Origin: Nitrospirota bacterium
Lineage (GTDB): Bacteria > Nitrospirota > Nitrospiria > 2-01-FULL-66-17
DNA length: 64,000 nucleotides
Assembly: GCA_049325335.1 (NCBI GenBank)
Contig: JBMOMC010000001.1
Span: 96,001 to 160,000, forward strand
Direction of reading: 5' to 3'
Made by a program: the position numbers and the translations under genes. The stretch's first letter is position 1. The number at the start of each line of letters is the position of its first letter. Below, one piece after another: positions 9,866 through 19,526 of the stretch. The notes under the pieces were generated by a model. That model searched no databases, was not told the DNA's origin, and saw only the letters and a program-made list of their open reading frames with translations.

Positions 9866-10711
9866 CTACGCCCCGTACCCCTTGACCCACGCCATGTAAT
9901 AGTAGATCAGCGGCGCGGTAAACAGCAGCCCGTCGATTTTGTCGAGCACGCCGCCGTGCGACGGAATCAAGCCGCCGGAATCCTTGACCCCGGCTCCCCG
10001 CTTGATCAGCGACTCGAACAAATCCCCCGCGATCCCCACCACCGCAGCCACGGCACCCAGCGCCGCGGCCTCTCCCCACGATAAGGCGTCCACGAACCAG
10101 GCGGCCGCGGTCAGCGCCGCGATCGTCCCGCCCGCCACGGCCGCCACCGCGCCTTCCACCGTTTTCTTGGGGCTGATCGAGGGGGCCAGCGCGGTGCGGC
10201 CCCAGGTGCGGCCCCCGTAGTAGGCCGCCGCGTCCGCGAGCCACGTCACCCACAAGGCAAAGGCCACCAACCACGGCCCCTGCGGAAACCGCCGGAGCAG
10301 TACAAGATGTTCCAACAACCACGCCACGTACCACACCCCAAACAAGGCGAACGCCGCGTCCGCGCCAGCCAGGCGAAGGTCGCGTCCCGCCGCCAGCGCC
10401 GCCGTCGCGATACCGAGCACCACGATCGTCACCGTCGCGGAGACTCCAGATCCCCACGCGGGCGACGTGGACACCGCCAGCACGAGCAACGCGCCGCCGA
10501 TGACGCCGGCGGCGAATACCGGAACCCGCCCGCCGGACCAGGTTCGGGCCGAACCGGTCGGCATCGCCATCCCGTACAATTCGAGTTGAGCGAGCGCGGT
10601 GACCGCTACAATGAGCATGACGAACAGCGACGGGGGCAGCCACACCACGGCCGCGTACAGGAGCGGGAGCGCCACCAACGCGGTGACGACCCGCCCCGCG
10701 TGTTCCTTCAC
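9866..10711 (-). CDS. cdsA: phosphatidate cytidylyltransferase
   Basis: SPKKTVEG and GDLFESLIKRGAGVKDSG..PSHGGVLDKID; GTG overlaps the uppS stop. Confidence 0.95.
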   Translation of the reverse strand: MKEHAGRVVTALVALPLLYAAVVWLPPSLFVMLIVAVTALAQLELYGMAMPTGSARTWSGGRVPVFAAGVIGGALLVLAVSTSPAWGSGVSATVTIVVLGIATAALAAGRDLRLAGADAAFALFGVWYVAWLLEHLVLLRRFPQGPWLVAFALWVTWLADAAAYYGGRTWGRTALAPSISPKKTVEGAVAAVAGGTIAALTAAAWFVDALSWGEAAALGAVAAVVGIAGDLFESLIKRGAGVKDSGGLIPSHGGVLDKIDGLLFTAPLIYYYMAWVKGYGA

Positions 10712-11499
10712 CCGGGGCTCCCCTGAAGTTGCTCCCCGGTTCGGCCGAAGCGGCGTTCGCGGCGTTGGTAATCCAAGAGCGCGGTCAGGAGATCCCGCCG
10801 GCGAAAGTCCGGCCACAAGGTCTTGGTAAAGTACAACTCCGCGTACGCGATTTGCCACAAGAGGAAATTGCTGATGCGGCATTCGCCGCTCGTGCGGATG
10901 ACCAGGTCGGGATCTTCAAGGTCCCGGGTATCCAGATACCGGGACACGACCTCCTCATCGATCCCGGAAGGGGCCAATGCGCCGCTTCGGGCATCCTCCG
11001 CCATGCGGCGCGCCGCGTCCACGATTTCGTTCCGGCCGCTGTAACTGAGCGCCAACGTGAGGGTCATTTCGCGCCCTCCGGTGGTGTCGCGTTCCACCCG
11101 GCGAATCCAATCCACCACGGTCGCGGGCAACCGCTCGATACGTCCGATGGTGCGAAATCGAATATCCTTCTCCAGCAGCGTGTTCAATTCCCGCTGCAAA
11201 TACAACTCCAACAGCATCATGAGTTCGCGCACTTCGAACTCCGGACGGCGCCAATTCTCCGTGGAGAACGCGTAAATGGTGAGCCCCGCGATCCCGAGTT
11301 CGCGGCACGCGGTCACGGTCTCCCGAACCGACTTGATCCCTTCTCGGTGACCCGCGACGCGCGGAAGGCTGCGCGCGGACGCCCAGCGCCCGTTCCCGTC
11401 CATAATAATGGCGACGTGACGGGGCAACGGGCCTCGCAACACTCGCGCCTGCAGTTCTTCGTCGGATTCGTGCCTGACCACGGAAATGGGCATCGTCAT
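10708..11499 (-). CDS. uppS: undecaprenyl diphosphate synthase
   Basis: HVAIIMDGNGRWA, FSTENWRRP and IRTSGECRISNFLLWQ motifs. Confidence 0.97.
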   Translation of the reverse strand: MTMPISVVRHESDEELQARVLRGPLPRHVAIIMDGNGRWASARSLPRVAGHREGIKSVRETVTACRELGIAGLTIYAFSTENWRRPEFEVRELMMLLELYLQRELNTLLEKDIRFRTIGRIERLPATVVDWIRRVERDTTGGREMTLTLALSYSGRNEIVDAARRMAEDARSGALAPSGIDEEVVSRYLDTRDLEDPDLVIRTSGECRISNFLLWQIAYAELYFTKTLWPDFRRRDLLTALLDYQRRERRFGRTGEQLQGSPG

Positions 11500-11523
11500 T
11501 AGGGGGTAATCATGAACGGCGGT

Positions 11524-11552
11524 AGTGTAACGTGCGCCAAAATCGAAGTCAA
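11524..11552 (-). promoter_or_regulatory. sigma70-like promoter of the uppS operon
   Basis: minus strand TTGACT-N17-TACACT. Confidence 0.55.
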
Positions 11553-11590
11553 ACTTCTACGGTGTGCTGGTCGGCGGCGGCACGCGCCGG

Positions 11591-11618
11591 TTGACAGGCG
11601 TTCCCACGGCGCTATACT
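11591..11618 (+). promoter_or_regulatory. sigma70-like promoter ahead of the small ORF
   Basis: TTGACA-N16-TATACT. Confidence 0.55.
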
Positions 11619-11647
11619 CTCGCGCACCATTTCGCCGCGGATCACCC

Positions 11648-11761
11648 ATGAAACGCACTGAAGTCGTTCGCCAAAGCTCTCCCGCCAACGTGGAACGCGG
11701 GTTAGGGTTCGTCATCCTCGCGCTCAGCCTCGTCGGCCTGCTGATCAACTTCCTGCAATAA
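11648..11761 (+). CDS. putative 37-aa single-TM small protein
   Basis: MKRTEVVRQSSPANVERGLGFVILALSLVGLLINFLQ downstream of a near-consensus promoter. Confidence 0.45.
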   Translation: MKRTEVVRQSSPANVERGLGFVILALSLVGLLINFLQ

Positions 11762-11842
11762 GGCGCTCGCGCGGGCACCGCACGCCGGTTGCACGGGCGG
11801 ACCCGACACGGTAGAATGCCGGTCCGGTTTGGACCCGTTGCG

Positions 11843-12781
11843 ATGCGACGCCGACTCCTCATTGTTGTGTGCGCCCTGACCGCCGCGTTGTTGACCGCGT
11901 GTATTACGGTCAATATGCGGCCCGCCACCGAACCGTTTCAGGAAACTCGAATCAGCGGCGAAGGCCGGGATAAGCTGCTGCTCATCGACATCGCGGGGTT
12001 TCTCTCGGGCGAACCGCGCGGCAACCGAGTGCTCGGGGAGGGCCAACCCAGCCTGGTATCCGATGTCGCGGAAATCGTCCGCAAGGCCGAACGCGACCCG
12101 CGGATCAAGGGGGTGATTCTTCGCATCAACAGTCCCGGCGGCACGGTCACCGCGTCCGACACGATGTACCACGATCTGCTCCGCTACAAACAACGCGCGA
12201 AGCTGCCGATGGCGGCTCACATGCTCGATCTCGGCACCTCCGGGGCCTATTACATCGCGCAGGCCGCGGATCGGATCACGGCGCAACCTACCACCGTGAC
12301 CGGCAGCATCGGCGTGATCATGGTGCGACCGTCCGTGTCCGGGCTGCTCGGCAAGATCGGGGTGCAGACCGAGGAAATTACCTCCGGGCCGCATAAGGCC
12401 ATGGGCTCGCCGTTTCGTCCGCTCGACGCCGAGGACCGCGCGTTGTTTCAGGGCGTGATCGACGACCTCTACGGACGCTTCGTGGACGCGGTCGCGGCCG
12501 GACGTCCCCAACTCGCGCGTGAGCGCATCGCGGCCCTAGCCGACGGCCGCATCTACACGGCGGAGCAGGCCCGAGCCGCGGGGCTGGTAGACGGCATCGG
12601 CTACCTCAGCGACGCGATCGATGCGTTGCGGAACGCGGCCGGCCTCGCGTCCGCGACGGTCGTCACGTACACCAGACCCGGCCAGTACAAGGGCAGCATC
12701 TACACCGCGCCGGTGGTCAACGTCGACCTCGATCTGTGGCCGACCAACGAACCCGGATTTCTCTATCTGTGGAGGCCCTAA
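11843..12781 (+). CDS. sppA: signal peptide peptidase SppA (S49, short form), lipoprotein
   Basis: LRINSPGG, TSGAYYIA, TGSIGV and DGRIYT motifs; lipobox LTAC; promoter-like TTGCAC-N17-TAGAAT at 11789-11817. Confidence 0.92.
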   Translation: MRRRLLIVVCALTAALLTACITVNMRPATEPFQETRISGEGRDKLLLIDIAGFLSGEPRGNRVLGEGQPSLVSDVAEIVRKAERDPRIKGVILRINSPGGTVTASDTMYHDLLRYKQRAKLPMAAHMLDLGTSGAYYIAQAADRITAQPTTVTGSIGVIMVRPSVSGLLGKIGVQTEEITSGPHKAMGSPFRPLDAEDRALFQGVIDDLYGRFVDAVAAGRPQLARERIAALADGRIYTAEQARAAGLVDGIGYLSDAIDALRNAAGLASATVVTYTRPGQYKGSIYTAPVVNVDLDLWPTNEPGFLYLWRP

Positions 12782-13260
12782 TGGACCAACATGACGTACC
12801 GACAACCACTCCGCCCTCCACCCCTCTGGAAAAACCGCGGGGCCCCGCGCGAAAACGCGTGTGGATCTTGGCGGGCGCGGTCGTGGCGGTGGCCGCGGCC
12901 ATTTGGGCCTACTCCACGTTCTCGCGACCGTCCTTGGTCGGCGCGTGGTCGAATCGGGCGCCGCAAAACACCGTGGCCTTTCTCTTCAAGGAAGACGGCT
13001 CCGGCGCCATGTCCATCGGCGACGCGCAGTTGCCGTACCAGTATCGATTCGACCGCACCCATAATCCCGCGTGGCTCGATCTTGAGGCACGTCCCAACGG
13101 AAGACCCGTCACGATCCGCGCCATCGCGAAGTTCGCGCGGGGGGGCAAGCTCATCATCCGCATGCCGCACACCCGCTCACCGGGCGACCGGCCGGCCGAG
13201 TTCATCCCCGACGACGTAGAAAACACGATCTTGTTGACCCGCGTCGAGTCCGACTCATGA
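12781..13260 (+). CDS. membrane-anchored hypothetical protein
   Basis: single TM then LVGAW beta-rich domain; coupled to neighbours by stop/start overlaps. Confidence 0.6.
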   Translation: MDQHDVPTTTPPSTPLEKPRGPARKRVWILAGAVVAVAAAIWAYSTFSRPSLVGAWSNRAPQNTVAFLFKEDGSGAMSIGDAQLPYQYRFDRTHNPAWLDLEARPNGRPVTIRAIAKFARGGKLIIRMPHTRSPGDRPAEFIPDDVENTILLTRVESDS

Positions 13261-14180
13261 GGCAGCCCGGGCCGTTGCCCTGGGCGTTGATCGTCCTCGC
13301 TACGCTACTGACCATCGGCCGTCCCGCGTCCGGCGAACCGCTCCGGGTCGTGGCAACTCTTCCTGTCCTCGCCGACTTCGTCCGAGCCGTGGGCGGCGAC
13401 GCCGTGACGGTCACGAGCCTCATCACCGGGCTCGAAAGCGAACACACCTATACGCCGAAACCAAGCGACGTCGAAACCGTGCGACGGGCCGCGGTGCTGG
13501 TCAAGGTGGGATTGGGGCTTGAAGTCTGGGTCAACGGACTGATCGCGAACGCCGAAAACTCACGGCTAATCGTGGTGGACACCTCGCAAGGCATCGGCCT
13601 CATGCGGGGCGGCGAGCACGACCACCCCGACGACAAAGACGCGCTGCCCCGCGCCGAGGAACGCCGCAGCGGCGGCAACCCCCACGTATGGCTGGACCCG
13701 GAGAACGCCCAGACCATGGTGCGTCACGTCACCGACGGGTTGATCAAAGCGGACCCGGCGCGCAAAAAAGCCTACTTGGTCAACCAGGCCGATTACTTAA
13801 AACAGCTCGACGAGTTGACCCGAACGCTCAAGGCGCGGTTCGAGGCGCTTCCCAACCGCAAGATCATCACGCACCATGCAGCGTGGCCCTATTTCGCGCG
13901 GCGGTTCGACCTGCGCATCCGCGGAGAAATTTTCAGCCAGATCGGCGCGGAACCCTCGGCCAAACGCCTCGCGGACCTGATCCGATTGATCAGGAAGGAG
14001 AACATCCGCGTGATCGTGTCCGAACCGCAGCTCTCGCCGAAAATTCCCGACTCCTTGGCCCAGGAAACCGGCGCCAAGGTCGTGATCCTCACCCCGCTGC
14101 CGGGCGCGCTGCCGGGAACCGATGACTACCTCTCCATGATGCGGTACAACGCGTCGGCCCTGCTGGAGGCCCTGCGGTGA
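13257..14180 (+). CDS. metal ABC transporter substrate-binding protein (ZnuA/TroA cluster A-I)
   Basis: SEHTYTPKP, His loop EHDHPDD, NPHVWLDP and THHAAWPYF motifs. Confidence 0.92.
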   Translation: MRQPGPLPWALIVLATLLTIGRPASGEPLRVVATLPVLADFVRAVGGDAVTVTSLITGLESEHTYTPKPSDVETVRRAAVLVKVGLGLEVWVNGLIANAENSRLIVVDTSQGIGLMRGGEHDHPDDKDALPRAEERRSGGNPHVWLDPENAQTMVRHVTDGLIKADPARKKAYLVNQADYLKQLDELTRTLKARFEALPNRKIITHHAAWPYFARRFDLRIRGEIFSQIGAEPSAKRLADLIRLIRKENIRVIVSEPQLSPKIPDSLAQETGAKVVILTPLPGALPGTDDYLSMMRYNASALLEALR

Positions 14181-14965
14181 CGGCGTCGGACGTCATCACC
14201 TTCGACCACGCGACCCTCGATTACCGCGCCCGTCCGGCGCTGGAAGACATCACCCTCGGCATCCGCGCGGGAGAGTTCCTGGGAGTGATCGGGCCCAATG
14301 GATCGGGCAAAACCACCTTCCTCAAGGCTATTCTCGGGTTGATCACCCCCACCGCAGGATCGGTCCGCGTTTTCGACTGCGTGTGCCATCAGCTCCGATG
14401 CGAACACCGGGCCCGAATCGGCTACCTCCCGCAACACGAACACGTGGACCCGCACTTTCCCATCACGGTGGCCGAAGCCGTGATGATGGGGCGGTACAGC
14501 ACCATCGGGTTGTTCCGGTATCCGGGACGCGCCGACCAGGCGATCGTGCGTGAAGCCCTTGAAGCCGTGGATATGCTCCCATTGGCCGACGCGGCGGTGG
14601 GCGAGTTATCCGGCGGACAACAACAGCGCGTCATGATCGCGCGCGCGCTTGCGCAGCGGCCCGCGATCTTGTTGCTCGACGAGCCCACCACCGGCATCGA
14701 CGCGCCCACGCAGCACGCGATCATGGACCTCATCACCAAGCTGCACCGCGAGATGCGGTTGACCATTCTTTTCGTCACCCACGACATCAACCTGATCAGC
14801 CGGGTCGCGGACCGGCTGGTACTCCTCAAAACCCGTCTGTTCGCGGCGGGCCCTCCCGCCGAGGTGCTACGGCGCGACACCTTGGCCCAGGTCTACGGGC
14901 AGGACATCGTGGTCACCGATCACGGTGCCGCGCCGTATGTAATCGTGGCGGATCATCATGCGTGA
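14177..14965 (+). CDS. metal ABC transporter ATPase (ZnuC-like)
   Basis: GPNGSGKT, LSGGQQQR, LLLDEP and VTHD motifs. Confidence 0.93.
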   Translation: MTASDVITFDHATLDYRARPALEDITLGIRAGEFLGVIGPNGSGKTTFLKAILGLITPTAGSVRVFDCVCHQLRCEHRARIGYLPQHEHVDPHFPITVAEAVMMGRYSTIGLFRYPGRADQAIVREALEAVDMLPLADAAVGELSGGQQQRVMIARALAQRPAILLLDEPTTGIDAPTQHAIMDLITKLHREMRLTILFVTHDINLISRVADRLVLLKTRLFAAGPPAEVLRRDTLAQVYGQDIVVTDHGAAPYVIVADHHA

Positions 14966-15013
14966 AAAGCCGCGGATCGGACCGATCAGCCCGATCCGAC
15001 CGATCGGTCCAAT

Positions 15014-15838
15014 ATGACCTATGAACTGCTCTCGTTCGGTTTCATGCAGCGCGCCCTGGCCGCGTCGGTCATCATCGGGGTATTGTGCGCGGTCATCGGC
15101 GTGTTCGTGGTGTTGCGCGGGCTGTCGTTCATCGGTGCGGGCACGTCCCACGCCGCGTTCGCGGGGGTAACATTCGGCTACCTGACCGGCGTGTCGCCGC
15201 TGGCCATGGCGATCGCGTTCGGACTGGGCACGGTGTGGATCGTGCACGCGTTGTATCAACGCGGGGTCATGAAGCTCGACGCGTCGATCGGGATTTTTTA
15301 CACCTTCACCATGGCACTGGCGATCCTGTTCCTCGGACTGATGGGCACCTACAACGCGGAAGTGTACGGTTTTCTGTTCGGCAGCGTGCTCTCGGTCACC
15401 ACCGAGGACATCACGGTGATGTTGTGGCTGGCGGGCGCGGTGTTGGCGCTGGTGGTCCTGTTTTATAAGGAGTTCCATTTCATCACGTTCGACCCCAGTA
15501 TGGCCGAAGCCACGGGTATCGCGTCGGCGCGGCTGTTTTTCCTGCTGTTGAACCTCATCGCGCTGACCGTGGTGATCTCGCTCAAGACGGTCGGCGCCTT
15601 GTTGGTCTTTGCCATGATCGTGATTCCGGCGGCCGCGGCCTACCAGCTCGGACGGACCATGCTGGGCATGATGGCCTACGCGGTCGCGCTGGGCGTGGGC
15701 TCCTCGGTCGGCGGCGTGCTCATCTCCTACCGCTTTGACGTGCCCTCGGGCGCGACCATCGTCCTCTTGGCCACGGCGCTCTTTTTTGTCGCGGTTGTCC
15801 TGTCTCCGAAGCGGCGACGGCTGCGGGCCTCACCGTAG
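15014..15838 (+). CDS. metal ABC transporter permease (ZnuB/ABC-3)
   Basis: FMQRAL, SHAAFAG, FLFGSVL, VGALLV and DVPSGATIV motifs. Confidence 0.93.
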   Translation: MTYELLSFGFMQRALAASVIIGVLCAVIGVFVVLRGLSFIGAGTSHAAFAGVTFGYLTGVSPLAMAIAFGLGTVWIVHALYQRGVMKLDASIGIFYTFTMALAILFLGLMGTYNAEVYGFLFGSVLSVTTEDITVMLWLAGAVLALVVLFYKEFHFITFDPSMAEATGIASARLFFLLLNLIALTVVISLKTVGALLVFAMIVIPAAAAYQLGRTMLGMMAYAVALGVGSSVGGVLISYRFDVPSGATIVLLATALFFVAVVLSPKRRRLRASP

Positions 15839-15883
15839 GACGTCCGCGAACCACATCCGGCGTCCGGTGGGTCCTTTGTGCCA

Positions 15884-15912
15884 TTGCATTCACCAACCCA
15901 CCGATCTATAAT
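15884..15912 (+). promoter_or_regulatory. sigma70-like promoter of the USP-rSAM-CopD group
   Basis: TTGCAT-N17-TATAAT. Confidence 0.65.
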
Positions 15913-16007
15913 GTGCCGTTTTTCGCACAAACGACCCTCGGCTGATCTAGCCGGTTGCGCGACCCGTCCCGTACGCTGAAACGGAATGCGTCGTAGAGGA
16001 GAATTTG

Positions 16008-18050
16008 ATGTACAAGACGATTTACGTCCCCGTCGACAATTCGGATCACTCCAACCGCGCAATCGAGCTGGCGGTCAAACTCGCCCAGCAGTTCGGCGCC
16101 ACCGTGGTCGGCAGCCACGCCTACGCGGCCAAGATGCACGACAAACGCTTCAAACAGATGGAAGCGGGTTTGCCCGAGGAATATCATGACGAAAAGGAAC
16201 TCGAACGCCAACGCCGCATCCACGATTCGCTGATCACCCGCGGCCTGGAAATCATCACCGACTGTTACCTGGACGTGGTCGATCAGCAGTGCAAGAGCGC
16301 CAACGTAGGCTTTGAGCGGCGTTTTCTGGAGGGCAAGAACTTCCAGGTCCTGGTCGACGACATCAAGACCAACAAGTACGACCTGGTGGTCATGGGCGCC
16401 CTGGGCGTGGGCGCGGTGCGCGACAGCGTGATCGGCAGCGTGGTAGAGCGCACGGTGCGCCGGGTCCACGGGTCGGACTTTCTGATCATCAAGAATCCCA
16501 AGTCGATCGAACCCGACGGGCCGATCGTGGCCGCGCTCGACGGCAGCCCGCACTCCTACGGCGGTCTAATGACTGCGCTCGCCCTCGGCAAGGCCCTCAA
16601 CGCGCCGGTGGAAGCCATCTCCGCGTTCGATCCCTACTTTCATTACGCAATGTTCAACAGCATCGCCGACGTGTTGTCCGAGGAAGCCGGGCAGGTGTTC
16701 CGGTTCAAGGAACAGGAGAAACTGCACGAGGAGATTATCGACTCCGGGCTCGCCAAGATCTACCAGGCGCACCTGGACATCGGCAAACAGATCGCGGACG
16801 CCGAGGGGGTCAAACTCAAGACCACGTTGCTCGACGGCAAGGCCTTTGAGCGCTGCCTGCAATACGTGAAGAAGAACAAGCCGTGGCTCCTGATCATGGG
16901 CCGCATCGGCGTACACTCGGACGACACCATGGACATCGGGAGCAATTCCGAAAACCTGATGCGCCTGGCGGGCTGCAATATCCTGATCTCCAACCGCACC
17001 TACGTACCCCCGATCGACACCATGGCGCAGTACACCATTGCGTGGACCGAGGAAGCGGCCAAACGCATGGAAAAGGTCCCGGTGTTCGCGCGCGGCGTGG
17101 CCCGCACCGCGATCTATCGCTACGCGATCGAGAAGGGCCACACCATCATCTCCAACGAAGTCGTAGACGCGGCCATGGGCCACTTGTTGCCGCCGGACGC
17201 CGTGGCCGCCATGAAGGGGCTCGGCAAGACGTTGGACGCCGCGGGCGTGGACCGCAATAAAATGGAAGCCAGCGACGAGGTCGTCAAAGACCTGATGGGC
17301 GCGCAGGGCGCGCAGATCATGGGTCTGATGGGCGACACCGCCGCAGCCAGCGCGGGACAGAACGTGTTGAACTACGAGGAACGCCGCGAGTTGGATTACT
17401 GGGTGTGCAGCGACTGCGGGTATTTGGCTAAGGGTAGCCAGCCGGTCAAGTGCCCGATCTGCCCGGCCGACGGCGCCAAGTTCAAATTGATCGACAAGTC
17501 CCTCATCGTGGCCGCGGCCAAGGCCGAGGGCAACATCGAGGTGGAAATCGCGTACGACGACGTGGTGATCCAGTGGACCGCGGAAGCCAAAGAGCGGCTC
17601 AAGGCCGTGCCCTCCGGTTACATGCGCCGGCGCGCCAAGGCCATCATCGACAAGTCGGCGCGCAAGATGGGCCTCAAGACCATCACCACCGAATTCGCGA
17701 GCAAGGTCATCATGGAGTACGCCTCCGAAGTGAGCTGGAAGGACGAATTGCTGGCGGGCGATGCGGAAGAGAAACTTTCGGCCCCGGCGCCGGAATTCGA
17801 GTGGACTCGCGACGCCAATCAACGCATCGAGCGCGTGCCGCCTGGCTACATGCGCGACTGCACCAAGGGCATGGTCGAGACTCACGCGCGAGAAAAAGGC
17901 GTGCGCGCCATCACCCTGGAGATCTGCAACGAGGGCATTGAAAAAGCCAAGGCCGCGATGGAAGATGCCATGAAGAATCCGGCGAAGATGGAAGAGATCT
18001 TGGCGAAGTTCATGCCGAAGAAGCCGGAAACCGCGCAGCCGACGGCGTAA
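16008..18050 (+). CDS. tandem universal-stress-protein domains fused to a rubredoxin-like domain and three PCP_red-like modules
   Basis: YKTIYVPVDNS..DLVVMGALG..IGSVVE; second USP IVAALDGS..IGSNSE; CSDC..CPIC; three WTxEAxxR..VP modules; GAGGAG RBS. Confidence 0.85.
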   Translation: MYKTIYVPVDNSDHSNRAIELAVKLAQQFGATVVGSHAYAAKMHDKRFKQMEAGLPEEYHDEKELERQRRIHDSLITRGLEIITDCYLDVVDQQCKSANVGFERRFLEGKNFQVLVDDIKTNKYDLVVMGALGVGAVRDSVIGSVVERTVRRVHGSDFLIIKNPKSIEPDGPIVAALDGSPHSYGGLMTALALGKALNAPVEAISAFDPYFHYAMFNSIADVLSEEAGQVFRFKEQEKLHEEIIDSGLAKIYQAHLDIGKQIADAEGVKLKTTLLDGKAFERCLQYVKKNKPWLLIMGRIGVHSDDTMDIGSNSENLMRLAGCNILISNRTYVPPIDTMAQYTIAWTEEAAKRMEKVPVFARGVARTAIYRYAIEKGHTIISNEVVDAAMGHLLPPDAVAAMKGLGKTLDAAGVDRNKMEASDEVVKDLMGAQGAQIMGLMGDTAAASAGQNVLNYEERRELDYWVCSDCGYLAKGSQPVKCPICPADGAKFKLIDKSLIVAAAKAEGNIEVEIAYDDVVIQWTAEAKERLKAVPSGYMRRRAKAIIDKSARKMGLKTITTEFASKVIMEYASEVSWKDELLAGDAEEKLSAPAPEFEWTRDANQRIERVPPGYMRDCTKGMVETHAREKGVRAITLEICNEGIEKAKAAMEDAMKNPAKMEEILAKFMPKKPETAQPTA

Positions 18051-18079
18051 AGATCGCTATGTGATGTATTGGACGTATT

Positions 18080-18107
18080 GTAGGGGTGCACGGCCGTGCG
18101 CCCCTAC
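18080..18107. repeat. GTAG-type REP palindrome
   Basis: GTAGGGGTGCACGGCCGTGCGCCCCTAC, near-identical to 6203-6230. Confidence 0.8.
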
Positions 18108-18143
18108 GTGAGACGGCCTACCAGAGAACGAACAGCGAAATTC

Positions 18144-19526
18144 ATGACCGTAGATCTGAAACTCCCCCTATATTCGTTGCCCCAGGAAGACTTCAAACCC
18201 TTTCTGATCGCGTGGAACCTCACCAAACGCTGCAACCTGCGCTGCGCGCACTGCTATCTCTCCGCGGGCGAGCGGGACGCGGGGTCGATCGACGAGTTGA
18301 CCACGGAGGAGTGTTACCGGACCATCGACGACATAGTCCGGGTGAACCCCGCGTCGATCCTGGTGTTGACCGGCGGCGAGCCTTTGCTGCGCCGCGACAT
18401 CCCCCAGATTGCGCGCTACGCCACGTCAAAGGGCATGATGGTGGTGGTCGGCACCAACGGGACCCTGCTCACCGACGAGAAGATCAAAGAGCTCCTGGCC
18501 GCCGGCGTGATGGGCGTGTCGATTTCGGTCGATTCGCTGGACCAACACAACCACGACACGTTCCGCCGTTTGCCCGGCGCGCTCCAGGGGTCACTCGACG
18601 GCATCGCAGCGTGCCGCCGCAACGGCCTGCAGTTTCAGGTCCACACCACCGCCAGCTCGATGAATTACGCCGAGATCCCCGCGATCATGGAGTACGCCTA
18701 CAAGGCGGGCGCGCGCGTGTACAACCTGTTCTTCCTGGTGTGCACGGGCCGCGGCGAGGAGATGTCCGACATCACGCCCGAGCAATACGAGCAGGTGTTG
18801 AACTATCTCGTCGATATTCAGACCAAGTTTCCCGGCATGCTCGTGCGCTCGCGCTGTGCGCCGCACTTCAAACGCATCGCGTACGAGAAGAACCCGGAAT
18901 CCCCGATCACGAAAGCGCAAGGATACGAAGGCGGCGGATGCCTCGCTGGCACGCACTACGCGCGCATCACGCCGGAAGGGGATCTGACCCCCTGCCCGTT
19001 CATGCCGATCTCGGTGGGCAACCTGCGCGAGACCGGGTTCGACGCGCTCTGGAACGACTCCCCAGTGTTTCACCAGCTCCGCGCGCCCCGACTCAAAGGC
19101 AAGTGCGGAGATTGCGAGTACAGCGAGTTGTGCGGCGGGTGCCGTGCGCGACCGTTCGCGTCGCATGGGGATTTCTTGGACGAAGACCTGTGGTGCAACT
19201 ATACGCCCAAGGGCGGCGCGAAGGTCCTCCCGCTGGTTGAGGCCTTCGACGGCCCCCCGCCCCCATGGAGCGAAGCCGCGTTGGAACGGCTGAACCGTTT
19301 GCCGTTTTTTCTCCAAAAAATGGTCAAACAACGCGTGGAGAAGTATGCGCGCGAACAGAGCGCGGTTGTCATCACGCCGGAATTGATGGAAGCGTTGCGC
19401 AAACGCACGTTCGGCAACGAGACCCCGGTCTTCGACATGGGGCGGTTCCAGGGGTTGATGCCGGAGGACGGTTGGCCGGGCACAGACGCGGTACCCGCGC
19501 CGAGCCAGGAGATCCGCGGGCGGTGA
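18144..19526 (+). CDS. radical SAM/SPASM protein (AhbD/NirJ-like) with C-terminal PCP_red-like module
   Basis: WNLTKRCNLRCAHC, TGGEP, CAPHFKR, GCLAG..PCPF..GKCGDC..CGGCRAR..DLWC; C-terminal WSEAALERLNRLPFF. Confidence 0.88.
   Translation: MTVDLKLPLYSLPQEDFKPFLIAWNLTKRCNLRCAHCYLSAGERDAGSIDELTTEECYRTIDDIVRVNPASILVLTGGEPLLRRDIPQIARYATSKGMMVVVGTNGTLLTDEKIKELLAAGVMGVSISVDSLDQHNHDTFRRLPGALQGSLDGIAACRRNGLQFQVHTTASSMNYAEIPAIMEYAYKAGARVYNLFFLVCTGRGEEMSDITPEQYEQVLNYLVDIQTKFPGMLVRSRCAPHFKRIAYEKNPESPITKAQGYEGGGCLAGTHYARITPEGDLTPCPFMPISVGNLRETGFDALWNDSPVFHQLRAPRLKGKCGDCEYSELCGGCRARPFASHGDFLDEDLWCNYTPKGGAKVLPLVEAFDGPPPPWSEAALERLNRLPFFLQKMVKQRVEKYAREQSAVVITPELMEALRKRTFGNETPVFDMGRFQGLMPEDGWPGTDAVPAPSQEIRGR

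Noticed and set aside
14375..14395. c-type heme motif in the ABC ATPase (CVCH)
   Set aside because: Spacing is CxCH, not CxxCH, and the protein is cytoplasmic.
13257..15838. Assigning znuABC gene symbols
   Set aside because: Cluster A-I metal specificity (Zn/Mn/Fe/Ni/Co) cannot be determined from motifs by eye.
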